Below are positions 26,601 through 40,800 of a stretch of DNA of 64,000 nt, piece by piece. The translations under genes and the position numbers were made by a program. The DNA is from Mytilus edulis (taxonomy: Eukaryota), in assembly GCF_963676685.1 (NCBI RefSeq), contig NC_092348.1:11098001-11162000 (forward strand), read 5' to 3'. The notes under the pieces are model-generated. The model was not told where the DNA came from. It did not search any database and saw only the letters and a list, made by a program, of their open reading frames with translations. Position 1 is the stretch's first letter, and every line of letters starts with the position of its first letter.

Positions 26601-27027
26601 CTCAGATCTTATCTGGTTATAACTTCCCATACAATCATAAAATTATCAAGTGGTCAAGACTATTTGTAAGTATTCAATCACTCATCAGCTATTTAACACT
26701 GTCTGAAAAAAATTATGTGTCGCTGCAATTAATTCAATACCTATGGTTAGTATACAAACGTAACTTGCCTCCTTCAAAATGATCGGAACATATCCGATCA
26801 AAGGGTCTTGGTTCCCAATGATCTCTCCTTATCATTTTGGTCCAGGTACTTTTCTGTTTCTCGTCTTTGGGAAACCTGTAGTACGACCTTTTAACTTCAC
26901 TGCCCTTGTCTTTCCCCCTTTGATTGCTGCATCCAGGGACACAACAATAATCTCCATAACTAGTCTTTTTCTTTCCACATAATTTGGGTTGCAAATTCTC
27001 AGACTCGGATAACTGGGCGTTTTCCAT
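23674..27027 (-). CDS. THAP-HTH-DDE (DDE_Tnp_4, Harbinger/ISL2 family) transposase, about 524 aa. Exons 27027-26769, 26056-25937, 24869-23674
   Basis: THAP motif CCVPGC...RFP...W...R...ICSDHF is completed by YIPTLF in exon 2. HTH region (EFFLTMVRLKVGL..EDLA.RF.IS). Catalytic IIDCTE, MADRGF and RIHVERAI are intact. All joins are phase 1. Confidence 0.88.
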
Positions 27028-27039
27028 CAGTTATCTGTA

Positions 27040-27091
27040 AACCGGAACTCCGCCACGACGCTGAGGATTATGGGTAACGGTGAAAGACAGT
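27040..27091 (-). repeat. Right TIR of the ISL2EU element (candidate promoter of the transposase)
   Basis: Reverse complement reads ACTGTCTTTCACCGTTACCCATAATCCTCAGCGTCGTGGCGGAGTTCCGGTT; transposase ATG at 27027. Confidence 0.8.
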
Positions 27092-28159
27092 ATGGGCAAT
27101 ATTAGCATACAGTTTTAAAAAATCAAAAGTATGTAAGAATTAATTACAGAAATAGACCGAGATTTATAAATAGAATTTATAAGAATCCACAAATAGTTCA
27201 TTCCACTTCGTGATTGAATAATTTTGACGTTTGTGGTTCAACGTATTTTCTAATTAAGAGCTAACGCTCAGGATAAAATTCGAATATCACGGCCCAGGCC
27301 ATGTGTAAATTTCCAACAATATATGGCTTCAATGAATTATTTCGATTCTAATAGGACAAATACGGTCATTAAAAAACTGAAGCGAGGGTGGGTATGCTGT
27401 GAGTGTGGCTGTTCATTTTTACTCCCTGTTAGATAAAGCTCAAACATCTTTATAAATATGTAGCTTGCGTAGGTTATTCGATTCCATGAATAACTGCTAG
27501 AAAAAAACTTTTTAATTCTTTAAATTCTCAAACCCAACATTTGCCATTTTTAATTTACATGTTTTTCTCGTAAGCTTCCATCAAATCCAAAGTTGACATT
27601 TTGTAACTAAGGAGCCGCCATGTTGACTTGCTGAAATGAGTAAATATGCGAATAATGCAACAGAATAGAAAATAAAACAAAATATACCTCAAAAATCAGT
27701 TTTAATACAATATCATACGATTTCCGATGGTTCACGTAACAGAAAACTTTCAACTTTAGCGGTTTCATTTGTATGACATCTGTTTTGAAATGACTTAAAA
27801 GCGCCAAAAAGATTAATAGACTTTCGCGGAATTTTATTTAATTTTTATTTTGTTGATTTCTCCGAGCTCTTGTGCACTACTTCTTTTTATCGTTGTCAGT
27901 TTGTTTTAGATTTATGAGTTTGACTGTCCCTTTGGTATCTTTCGTCCCTCTTTTATTATGCATACGAATAAGAAAAAAAAATATTTTGTCTTTTTTTAAT
28001 TGCCCTTTTTAAAACAATAAAATCGGCAATGGGTCTGCAAGTAGGTTCCAATACATGTAGATTTACGTGGGAAGTTTATTGTTACAGCCATTATTATGTA
28101 TATCGCTGAGTCTGCGCTAAGTATATTTTATCGCGAATTTTATCCCAGTGTTGTTTACA

Positions 28160-29000
28160 ATGCTAAAGAAGCACGTCATGTTAGAATTCATAATAGAAAT
28201 ATACCATAATTACATATTATAGAACAATAACATACTGACAGGATCTTTTAAAGTACCGAGTCACGTTAAATGAACCAAAGAAACACAAAAAGTCGCATAT
28301 ACAAAACACACCAGCAAAAATGAAAGATAATACAAACACATTGACGGGATGTTTAAGTACCGAGCCACGTTAAATGGAAATCACATAAAACAATCCAACA
28401 GTAAAAGTAATATTAATAGTAGAACAAAGACAAATGATCGAACAATTTAACACATTGTTAAGATGATAAACAACATCAGTACGCAGAATATATACATCAA
28501 GACCATCATGTATTATTTGTGAAGTTGATACGGAATATTTATCAACAAGGTCTTTGTACCTTCCGATGAACTTTTTTAGAAAAAGGACGAGACGGTCTTT
28601 AATTGACATACCCCTGGTTCATCAACTTTCTGCTCAGACACTGATGACGTTTAACAAAGTCTGAGTAGGAGCTGTAATCTCTTGAATATCGAATAAGTTG
28701 GGAAATGTATATCTTATATGCAGGTGCTGTTGGTATATTGCTACTAAGGTGGGAGAAATTTATAATTTCAAAATTAAAATCGTCTCGTTTGTCATAGATT
28801 CTGGTACTGAGATGACTGTGTAAGTCAAATTCGAGATACATTTATAAGTTTAAAAAAATGGGTCGGAGGAAGCCGTGTCTGTTCTTTTATTTCTAGTTCT
28901 GGGGGATATATTAATGGAACCCAATCAGAGAAGTTCGGATTGTTTATGGAAAGAACATCATCAATATATCTGAAAGTGAAATTAAACAATCTGGCTTCAT
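28160..29000 (-). pseudogene. Decayed Penelope-like RT 3' fragment with downstream UTR
   Basis: FRYIDDVLSINNP...IYPPELEIKE / YDKRDDFNF.I.NF.HLSSNIPTAPAY..YISQLIRY, split over three frames. Confidence 0.78.
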
Positions 29001-32000
29001 AAATAAAGCAATACGAAATGCATTTTCTTTTTATATTTTTATCATTTATGTTCATTAGTCTACACAACTGTTACTGTTAGCTGTGATAGTGGTTATCATT
29101 AAATTATGGTCATCATACGACTTGTTATTGAGAAAAATATTTTTTTGTCAATTCTTTTAATTGAAAAGTTGTTTATTTATATCTCTGGTTTAATACAGGT
29201 AAGATACAGACATTTCCACATATATATTTAGCATACCAGTAAGATTTCAACTCGGGTAACATCCGGGTCCCCTAGTGTCAGCTCCATTTTGGATACCACA
29301 CTGCTAGCTGATTTGCTCTGACACGGAAAGGACCTTCCAGGATAGACAAATTTATAAATTCATATAACTATGCATACTATTTTGGTTTGTAATATGTAAA
29401 TATATATTTTTTTTACATATTTGTAAACCTAATATCAGTCACAATTGCATTATGTTTTATAAAAGCTTGAGCTGCTTCAAAATATTTCCTTAAGAAAATT
29501 CATATTACTAGGTTTTATTGAATGATGACTGCTATTCGTTTTTCTCAAAAGTCATGTCTATGCCTATGCCTCGGGGTCTTATTTGGAAGAATATTCTTCT
29601 TCTATAGTGGAACGGTTGTATCTTGCTGAAATTGAAAAAAACGTTTAAGAAATGTATCTTTAATGTTTTCACATATATAAGCGGAATTGATAAGATGGTC
29701 AGGGGTAGACTCTTAACATTTGTTAGTAACAAGGAACTGTGGCAGATTGCCGAATAATTTATTTCAAAGTTGTTTTAAAATCAGAATGAGATGATAGCTA
29801 GTTAATTTAAAATCCATACAGTTGAATTGTTATTCGACAATAATTGGTTTCAAAAGGCAACTTTAAGTTTGTAAAATGTACTTGCTTTTGTCAAATTAAA
29901 CGTCTAAGATCAAACACGTAAGCAAACAGTATTTAATGTAAAAATTTGTCTTTGGTAACTTAAACTTTCTGGGATACTGTATACATTTTATTAAAATATT
30001 GAAAGGCCCTGGTGTTCGAACATAATCATATAGATTAAATAAAATCCTAGTGAAACCACGCTCATTTTTTATTATTAGCTATATTTTTATTTTTTTGTCG
30101 TTTTTTTTATATATATAATCTCCCTTCATAAAGATGGAAGTATGCTCTGCTCAGCCCTTTAGTTTCGACCTACTAGTATATTGTTTTATTGCATTATAAT
30201 TATATTATTATTACCCCAAAAAATGTCTTAATTAAGCATTACTAACTTAGTCACATAATCTTTTCCCTAGTTCAGTCAGACGTCGTCAGTCCAGTCTTCA
30301 ACAAGCATGCGCATTCTCTACAGTCGCGTTACAATGCAGTCGACGTCAGCGTGCAGCAGCAGCGAGCATTTCGGGATTGCGCAAAGCTTGTTACATGAGA
30401 TGAACGACGTGAACACTGAAGCATAAACACTGGGAGTTACTTGTGGAAAGAAATGTCATTCAGACAGGAAGCAACACAGAAAAGAAATTGCTTTGATAAG
30501 GTTTGTTCAGAGACTTAGAAACATATATCATAAGAACAGAGTCGTACCTTTTAGCGAGCCAGAATCACGTGCTGTATCAAGTGTTATAAGTAACTCGACA
30601 GTAATATTCCAAAATAATAAAATAAGAGCAGACGTCTCTCCATGGAAGAAAGAAAGTGTCAAACGGCATTGAACAAGCCCTGTATAGATCTAAATTCAAC
30701 ACCACTTCTTGATAATGTCGAGTTCAACAACGATGACCTACCTTCCGCCAGAGATCAATTGAATAGTTTACGCGACATTCGGAGAAAAGGAGAAGAAAAA
30801 AAGAGGCTAACGAAATGCAGTCAATCGCGGTATAAATACATGTTATGCAAAATTTGAAAAACACGTTGATGAACTGTTGTCTGGTACAAATGATACACTG
30901 AACAGAAGTCGCAGACCTAAAGCAGCGAAGGGTATGAGAACAAGTATGACTATAATGTTGGCAGCCAACTCAAACATGGATGTTAGGTTACCGGGAGAAG
31001 TTATTCCATCCTCAAACACATCAAATGTCTCAAGACCACAGCTTACAGCCCCTGAGATACCCTATTTCTGGATAAATGAAAGTTTATGTTTTATTTCTAA
31101 AACAATTCATGAAGCAGAGGTATTTTCCATTAAAATATACTGTGATAGCTAGGCGGATACAAATATTGTTAATGGTGTACTTCTGACTGACCATGCCACT
31201 ACATTTGTTTGTTTTATTCATCGGTAATATATGGCTTACAAAAGCAATGCCTGCATTCTACTTGGGACGAGTCTTTTCTATATTATTTTTTTTCATTACC
31301 AAAGTACATTTCCTTTTAACGTATACTCTTTGAGGTTGTCTATTTTTTTTCCTACAGTTTCTTGTGAAGTTGTGTCTTTGTTTTATCGTTCATTTCAAAT
31401 GTGCTCGAGACATACTTTAATCTTTTATGATTCAACGCGAGATGTCAGTATTTTATTTGTTGGCAGTCTTAATCATTCTATTTTCATCTATAAACTCCAT
31501 TTATTTTTGTTTATTTTGGGGGAATCCCTGTTTCCATTTCCTCCTTAGTTCCAGTTATTGCGTCGGTCTTTTTTTAAGACATCATTATCTCGTTTTACAT
31601 AACTCAGTACCTAGGGGTAACCGAAAACCTTCATCTTATACTACTTATTTCTTTTTTATTAAAGAAATAATTTACAGCCAACATCATCTTAAATAATTTA
31701 TTTTCATCATCTCAGCAATACAATAAATATCATATAATTACACATTACACCGCTTCAAAGAATATAGAAGTTATCATAATCTATCAATATAACTGTAATG
31801 AATAAGAGAAGCCCTATTCACAAGAAGTACAGAAATACAAATATCATAGTAGTTCTCATATTGTATACGTAGTCGCTTTGGCAGGATTGATCAAATATTT
31901 AATATCATAAATATACCTATATAATTAACATCACAGAGACCACATTGTGCATCTGGAACTTGTTAAATTGCATCAGTGAATAAGGGAAGCCCTGTTCACT

Positions 32001-32931
32001 TCCGAAAAAACATGACATTAATACAACAAAATACCCAAATATCGCAGCATATTGGAGAAACTCAAGATGGGAAACAGCAGAATCCAAACAACTCCAAACA
32101 AATACAAACTAAGGATAAAAGATGTTGTGAACTTAACATTGAGAAGTCATTAGAAAAAACTCATTGCTGCAAAAAGAGTTAAAAACCTGAAATATGAATA
32201 TACAGGTGGAGGTATTAATGCAGAAGCTGATGCAGCAACCTATGAACTTCTGAAAATAGCTGCAATTCCATACTATAAAAACTATTCAAAACTAAATGAA
32301 ATAGCCCATATAACTGATGTTACAGATAATTCTGGTAAATCCATCGTACACAATACCATCCGTGTTTGTGAGCAGTTGGGGAAGAAATCTTATACTATAT
32401 TTTTTTTCATACTACATCTAGAATGCTTGTAAAAGGCAAAAACATTCAGAAATTTATCAATGAAGACCTAATTTTCATTCATAAAACTATCAATGAATCA
32501 TAACACAATCACAAGAATAGTGACATTAAAACCTTTAAAAATGAACTGCTGTCAGCACAAATAGAAAATTTACTAGAAAAACTGAGAAGAAAGTCTGATG
32601 CAAATAAAACAAAAGTAGAGATAGACAAAGTAGGTATCAATTGCTTAAAATGCAAAAGACCATGCAGAAAAAGAGCATCATTCTGTGATACAGGATCACA
32701 TTGGATACACTACAAATGTGAAAAACTTAATCCCTCAGAAAATGAAAGGATTGAAAATGACACAAGCTCCGATTACCAGTGCTAAATTTGCTTTAAAGAA
32801 CAAGACACTATCAGAGATTATATGTCAACTGACAATACTAATTTAGTTATAGCTTTAATAGACGAAGAAAAAGCCACCTCCAATCGTGGAAATACTCTAG
32901 ATGCCTGCAGTCTGTGTGATATTGTTATTAA

Positions 32932-33320
32932 GGATATTCGCTGCTCAGTTTCAAAATAAATAACTTTTCATAAAACTAGTATGTATTGATAGGGAATAAA
33001 TTAAGGAATAAAAAAAGCAAAAAAAATATAGGGGTCAATGTGCTTGTTTTCGAGATATTAGCCATTGGAGTTTTGGCGGGAAAATGTTCTCTCTTGATTT
33101 TTCATAGCTTTATCATTGACCAGTTAAAGTTCTCAAATACTATTAAAAAATAAATAAAATTTTATAAAACTTTTACAAATGACTTATAATTATACATGTA
33201 ACAGATTTATAAAAAGAAAAATTGGGGTTCATGGGCAAATTTCTTAAGGCATTCAAATGAATAAAACCAGAGGATTCCGAAAATCTGACAAAAATTCCAA
33301 AACATGACAAGCAGACATCC
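32932..33320. mobile_element. TTAA-targeting MITE (Kolobok-like GG...CC ends)
   Basis: TTAA|GGATATTCGCT ... AGCAGACATCC|TTAA. Removing it restores the host frame CSLCDIVIN-QQNLEYKNDVPTCFSC. Confidence 0.75.
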
Positions 33321-36300
33321 TTAACCAACAAAATTTAGAATATAAAAATGATGTGCCAACCTGTTTTAGTTGTATAGGGATTGAAGATCAGGAAAAAGAA
33401 CAAAGTTAACAAAGCAAAGTATCAAGTATTACAAGTACAGTTACGCAACTACCAGATCAACCCGTAATTAGACAAATTTTACCTGATGGATTAGTTAAAG
33501 AAAGCATTCCTACTCCAGTAACTGTAGCAGATGAGTATCAGTCAATCAAATACAAACAAGAATGTTATTACAACAACTGTTCCAATACTACAGACTGAAA
33601 AGAAGCAACAAACAATCCCCAAAGAGACTATACCAACAGCCAACATCAAAATGTTGTGAACTTCGTCAAAAAGAAATTAAGATGAGAAAATGGGAAGAAG
33701 ATTTGAAAGTACGAGAAAAAAGCTTACTCGATAGTAATGAGAGATACATACGTCTAGAAACATATATAAAAAGACTAGAAAGTGAGAAGGAAGAATACGA
33801 AAACACAATCAGAACACTGAAAAGAAAGATTTTATATATGGAAGACACACACTATTATCCCATAAGCAACAATAATGTACAAGACCAGGGCAGATCAACC
33901 AACGTTCCAGAGAACACTGAATTGCTTGAAAATATCCACAAGAAAGTCACAAATTATATCTTGCGCCAAGTTGACATACAGTTTCAAAAAATCGAACATG
34001 TTCATCTTGAGCCGAATGACAGCAAAAATAGAATTAACCAACATAAACAGCCCAACCAAATCAACCCAATGACAACTTCGTCTTGTGCAATGGAGGATAA
34101 TAACACTGTAACTTGAGACAGTAATAAACCCAATTTAAAAACTGAAAGAGCAAAATCTCATTGTGATACTGACAGTTCAGCAAGACCAAACAGTCTTCAA
34201 AACATCCGAGATCAAACATCAAGACCCAGCTGTACAACACCTGAGAAACAATATATTGCTGTTCCACAACAGACTCTGCCTTGCCATTTATCAGGTCAAA
34301 TTATAGTGCATATTCCAATAAACAATAGAAATGCAGGATACTATCGTTCAAATTTGCCACCAACAATATCCCAAAGAACAAACTCCAACTATGAAAGAGC
34401 ATTCACTCCACTAATTAATTAAAGTCAAAACTGGAATGGTGGTAGTAATATAAAAGGAAATATGTCAAGTAGAACACAACATATAGAACAACAAATTTAA
34501 TACCCATGAGGCATCCAACTAAATCCAAAATAGATAACGCTACTATTCTAAAAATGGTAGCATTTAACTGCAAGAACATCAAAACCAGCACTACTGCAGT
34601 TAATAAATTATTGGAGAATAATAACATAATTCTCATTCAAGAACATTGGTTGTTTCAAATACATTTAATTAATGAAATAGACACTAATCTAAATTTTGAA
34701 TTTTGAAGGTAACGCAGTTGATACGTACAATAACATACATCCAGCCCAAGTACCCAGGGGATATGGGGGAGTTGCAGTTATTTTGTTAGACTAATCAAAA
34801 TGTGTGAAATAAGACATATTACAAAATTGTCAATGTCAGTTGTTTGTAAAGTTTGCTTCAAAACTGTTGTATGAAATCTTGAAAATCGTTGTAGAATGGC
34901 TTTGGCAAAAAAATGATTGTACATTTCTTTTTTCTATGAAAATAATGTTCTTGGATAATCCAGAAATGTCACAGTTTTTATTTTACTGCTATTTACAAAA
35001 ATGTAGAAGTTCACATACAACATTTTGGAAGCATGCATTTTGCCAAAATTTTCAAAGCCTGTTTGTGAGATATTGTTTTCTTGAAAAATTTGTAATTTAC
35101 AACATTTTAGAAGCCCAGCGACGTTATAGATTCTAAACATCAAATTCTAGTTTACATTTTCAAAAAGGATTAATTCCAGATCTACTTAAAACAGGACTTC
35201 TCTCTCCAGTATTTAAGAACAAGGGATCAATTTTGGAAATAAAGAATTATCGTGGCATAACAGTTTTCCAAGTATTTTGTAAGATCATCGAATCTATCCT
35301 GAAATTAAGAATTCGTCCAATAGCTTTACCAATTCAATTTACTTTACAAAGAGATTTCGCACAGAACTCAGCTCCATTAAATGCGTCATTCATTTTAGAA
35401 GAGGTAAATAGAGAATCGTTAGATTTGGGAAAACTCCTGATAATAGTTTTATTAGATGCAAAGTCAGCCTTTGATGTTGTGGTTCATCAAAATCTAATGC
35501 TAATTTATATCATCTTGGAATACAAGACAGACATTGGAATCTCATCAACAATCTCCATAAACATGCTTCATTTGTAATAAAACTTAATGGAAAAATGTCA
35601 AATGAATTTATCATTTCACAAGGAGTGCGTCAGGGCGGTTTTCTCAGTGCGGATTTTTACAAGATGTATATATAGACCCACTGCTACACCATTTACAACA
35701 CCCTAAGGTAGGAAACAAGATCGGTCATATACCATGTTGTGCAACAGCCTGTGTGGATGACGTTACTTTAAACACGACAGATCCAAACGAAGCGCAAATA
35801 CTGCTAAACATGGCTTATGAATACAGTTGTAATGAACACTACAAAAGAGGGACGAAAGATACCAAAGGGACAGTCAAACTCATAAATCTAAATAAACTGA
35901 CAACGCAATGGCTAAAATAAAAAGACAAACAATCAACAGTACACAACATAGAAAACTAAAAAACACAATTACAACCACAAAAAAAGTGTTATTGAGATAG
36001 AGAACAACAAAAAAAGACATAATTGTAAAGATCTGATATTGAAAGACAAGAAGTTACCAGTTGTAAAACAAGCAACACATACAAAGATCAAAGTCTAAAA
36101 AGAAAACGTTAAATAATACCATCAATGAGAACATAAAAAAGCAAAAAGAACAGCATATAGTCTCATGGCTGCAGGTTTTCATGGAAACAATGGTTTAGAT
36201 CCAAGCAACTGTATTCATATTATGAAAACATATGTCTTTTTTTTTTTTTTTAACGATAACAAATATTTTTATTCAATTATTTCCTGCTATATAAATACCT

Positions 36301-36600
36301 AAGTAGCCCAGGTCGCATACTTAGGGACCCCTGCTTTTTAACAGCCTCACTTGACCAGGGAAAATATCAAATGAGTTTAAACTTCCCATAGTTTACATAA
36401 GTATACATTTAAAAATAACCAATACAATTGATTTTACCTGCTACGCATCACTGGCACTGTAATTCATAATAATTAACGTATATCCGGTTTACTGACTTAC
36501 ATTATACATGTGTTGATTTAAACGTGAAAACTATATATTTGATTGAAAAAATAATAATAGTTATAGTTAGAATTAGAAATTAAAAACCAATTGTTCAGAG

Positions 36601-37515
36601 AACAATTGTAGGTCTTTCCACTAGAAAAGATCTTTTTTGATATTGAAATATTAAAAATCAGTTTAAAATGTTAGTTCCTATGGCTGTATGATGTATTTAT
36701 ATGAATTTAAAGCAAAGGTCAAAATCTAGAACGTCATATTAACCTATGACCTTGACCTCAATTTCAAGTTCACAAACCAAGGACCTTAAATCAAAAGACC
36801 CAAGGTCTTTAATATGTTTGGTTTATTAGTAATATCACTTGACGCGTAATTCTAAATGTAAGATGGGCAAAAACTCCTATTTATTGTCTGCGCACCCTTT
36901 CAATCAAAATATACAAGTAAGGACATGTCGCAACTAACAATTTATGAAAAATTATTTGTCGATATGTCATAAGGTATTTGAAAATAAATGAAAATAAGCC
37001 AAAATCAAAATTTAGAATATGACCTTGACCTTTGACCTTGACCTCATTTTTATTATTTTCGACCAAGGACCCCAAATCTAAAGACCCTATGTCTTTATCA
37101 CTTATGGTTTACCATTTAGAAATGCATATCACTTAATTTAAGGGAAAAGGGGGAATAACTCTCATATGGAGTCTCCGTAAAGCTTCGGTCCAAATGAATA
37201 TCCTAATCCTGAAGATGTAACGAGCAATTTGGTAAAATAAATTTGTCGTAATCTTTAACGGTTGCGAAGGAGTAGTGGCCACAAGAAAAACAGTGTTTGG
37301 GGAGGTAACTCTTACAACGTAAAGTATTTGGTTACGCAGTTGTCAGTTTTTAAAGCGCATACACTTTACGATATCATATTTCATATATCTAAGCGACATC
37401 TTGTGAAACAACAATACTACGCAAGAAAGAAATTAGGCGGAAGAAAAAAAAAAATAATAATAATAATCAGAACAAAATCAATAGGTCTTTCCACGGAAAA
37501 GTGGAAAGACCTAAT
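36601..37515 (-). mobile_element. Helentron-type non-autonomous element inserted in the LINE 3'UTR
   Basis: Terminal hairpin TAGGTCTTTCCAC-GGAAAA-GTGGAAAGACCTA (about 37482-37513). Matching sub-TIR TAGGTCTTTCCAC at about 36609. (AAT)n tract and internal GACCTTGACC repeats. Confidence 0.65.
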
Positions 37516-37808
37516 TATTGAATTAATGTGAATGAACAAAAGTTGAAATGATTCTGTGACTGACGTATGGATTATAAAAGTATAAAGCACATGTGGTGAG
37601 TACTGATGTATAAGAAACGTGATGTGTGTAATTTACAAATAAACATATTAATATGCACAGACATAGATTCAAATATCAATTACAGTACAAAAAAACCAAT
37701 ACCAAACAAACATAGTGTTCCCTACGTTCTTCCTAAGATATAGTATTATTATTACATATGGAATCAAACACACCTTTAGTTTAGAGCAGTTGAACTAAAA
37801 ATATTTAC

Positions 37809-40800
37809 CTACATATTTCCGATAAAGAGTTCAATTTTTAATCTACATATATATTTTATATCTGACCGTAGTAAAAGTAATTTTAATTCGTTTTTCATAT
37901 GCAATTTTAACAAAGCCTGTATAGACTGCATACTCAGTTTATTTTTTTCGAATTTGCATTTATTACGTATTTTCCAAATAGCCCATTTAAAATAAAGTAT
38001 TATTGCGTTAACAATTATATTATTCGAATTATCTAAACAGATTCCTAATAGAATATCTTTTTCAACGAGTGCATCGTTATTTATTAAGTTACACAGTTGT
38101 AAATTTCTGATAACTGTTTCTATCAATGGTTTAACATTGTTACATTGGTAAAATAAATGCTCAAGAGTTTCAATGTTATTGTTTTCATCACATAAGTGAC
38201 ATTTTCCATTTGACATACGCATTATTTGCAGTCTGTTTTCTGTATATATAATCCTGTGTATACATTTCCATTGAAACTCTTTAACTTTTCTATTAATATC
38301 CAGTTTACTGAGATTTAGCCAAATTTTTTCCCAATTTATGTACTCGCTATACAAATTTTCCCATTTTGTTTGACATATAGGGGTCTCAGTTATGTTTAAG
38401 TTTAACTGAAGATATTTTAATGTCAAATCTTTGATTTTAATGATTTTGTTATCTGGATTTATAAATTCAAAGTTTTCAGAAATTTTGATTTTGTAGTTTT
38501 TTAAAGTGCGTTGTACATCGTTATTTCTTAAAACCTGTATAAAAGTTTGCGGTACGGCACTTTTAATTCGTGAATATTCCGAAATACAATTGCGTCTATC
38601 TATAAGTTGTTGATATATTTCATTGCACGATTTAAACTCATTGGTATTATCATCCCATATATCACCAATGGTTTTTATTAGACTTTTTGAAAAAGAAGAA
38701 TAAAATATAGATTTTCTTTGAAATAAAATATTTGAGTTTCCAAATAAAGGCTGTTTTTTTACTTCCATTTTATTAGTTATTATACCCTGTGTGATCCTTG
38801 TCAATTTTGACCACGATTGTAAAGCGTTTTTGTAATAATGTGGTAGTTTTTTTATCTCAAGACCTGAAAGGTCTGAACATCTACACAGAAAAAGTTTATC
38901 TGCAAATTTTTTATCATATTTTTTTAACCAAAATTTACCTATCGCATTCCAACTTGATAATGGCTTGTGTAATATTGAATATATCGATTTGATATATTTA
39001 CTTTCTATCCAACTATCCAAATTTACCATCCCCATGCCCCCCTTTTTGCCGTCTAAACAACAAACCTTCCGGTCTACTTGATTCACTTTACCATCCCAAA
39101 TAAAATCCCATATTATCTTATTTAAGTCTTTTTTATGTTTTTCAGGTATACCTCTTATTTCTAATTCATAACCACACACTGAAATAATTAAATTTTTAAC
39201 AATAAGGACTTTTCCAGAGTATGTCAATTTTCTACTTTTCCAGATGTGTACACAATTTTGTACTTTTTCCAATATTGATTTCCATATTTTATCGTTATCA
39301 ATGTTATAACCATGGTGAATACCTAATGTTTTTATGTTATCTGTTGTCCAGCTTATCTTTTTAAAAGTAGGCCGTTTGCGTTTATTTGCGCCAATATTTA
39401 TTCCCTTAGTCTTTTCGTAATTAATTTTTGAACCCGAGGCCTTTTCGTATTTGTCTAATATTTCGAAAGATTTTCTAACGGAACTTTCATTTTTATTAAA
39501 TAATTGCGTGTCATCAGCAAACATATTCAATTTGGTTTCTATTAGCTCCCCATTTTCTTCCCCGGGCAGCATAATACCTGCAATGTCTTTGTCTGCCCTT
39601 ATTGCACAGGCCAGGGGCTCTGCTTGTAATATATATAAAAAAGGGGCTATAGGACACCCCTGCCTGGCTGATCTAGAAATTGAAAAATATTTAGAGACGT
39701 AACCATTTGTTTTTATACATGTCTTAGCACTTTTTAATAGCATTTGAACCCAACCACGAAAATTGTCCCCAAAATTAAATTCCTTCATAACGAAGTCTAG
39801 CCATCCCCATTCCATCCTATCAAAAGCCTTTTGTTGGACAAGAAAGACAATTATACCCTCTTCATCCTCACTATCAATATATTCTATGATATCCTGTATC
39901 ATTCTATTTGCTTCCGTTATATGTCTGCCTTTTACAAACCCTTTTTGATCGGGATGTATAAGCTTAGGAAGGACTATTTTTAATCTTTCTGCTAGTATTT
40001 TTGCTATAATTTTATAATCACAATTCAGTAATGTAAGAGGGCGCCAGTTACGTATGTTTTCTCGTTCCCCGCCCTTAAATAGTAGTGTTAAAACTCCTTT
40101 ATATTGTGAGTCCGACATTGTTTTTTTATTAAATATTTCTTGCAATAACGTTAAAAATTCCTCTTGAATTGTATTCCAAAATAATATATAAAATTCTGAT
40201 ATGATCCCGTCCTCCCCTGGGGATTTATTTGTTTTTATAATTTTTAGAACTTTCATTATTTCCTCCGCATTAATTTCACGGTCTAGTAATTGTTTGTCGT
40301 CCTCATTTAGTTTGTTTTCGATATGGCTTGTTAAATATTGAGCATTTTCCAAATGCCATCCTTCGGAACTAAATAAATTTGAGTAAAATTTAACTTGTTC
40401 ATTTAGTATTCCGTCTATATTGTGTTTATAATGCCCATTTTCTGTTTTTATTCGACTCCATAATTTATTTTTACCGTTTTGCTTTTCAAGATTGAAAAAG
40501 TAGCTAGACGATTTTTCACCTTCTTCCGCCCATTTTACACGCGCCCTTATTTTTGACGCCTCTGATTTGTTCTCATAGTATTTTTTAATTAGCGCTTCTA
40601 TTTCTGAAACCTTATTTTCAACCTCACCAGAGTTATTACTGTTTAAATTTAGTTTTTCTAATTTCTGCTCAAGGTTAATAATATAACTTTTTTGAGAATT
40701 TTTGTTTAATGTTTTACTTACTTCCATTGTTAATTTTTTTATTTTTAATTTTGTGACATCCCACCAATCTTGTATTTTTTCGAACCTTTTTTTTTTCAGT

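Larger units (their letters stand above)
15779..27091. mobile_element. ISL2EU-type (PIF/Harbinger-ISL2EU group) DNA transposon, apparently complete, 11,313 bp
   Basis: Gap-free 52-bp imperfect TIRs (15779-15830 / 27040-27091, 41/52 identical by hand). AT on both flanks (15777-78, 27092-93). Encloses convergent YqaJ and THAP-DDE_Tnp_4 genes, the known ISL2EU gene set. Confidence 0.88.

Noticed and set aside
30270-31152. GC-richer segment with short ORFs, possibly an LTR-element leader or gag start
   Set aside because: No second LTR, primer-binding site or recognisable domain could be identified by eye.
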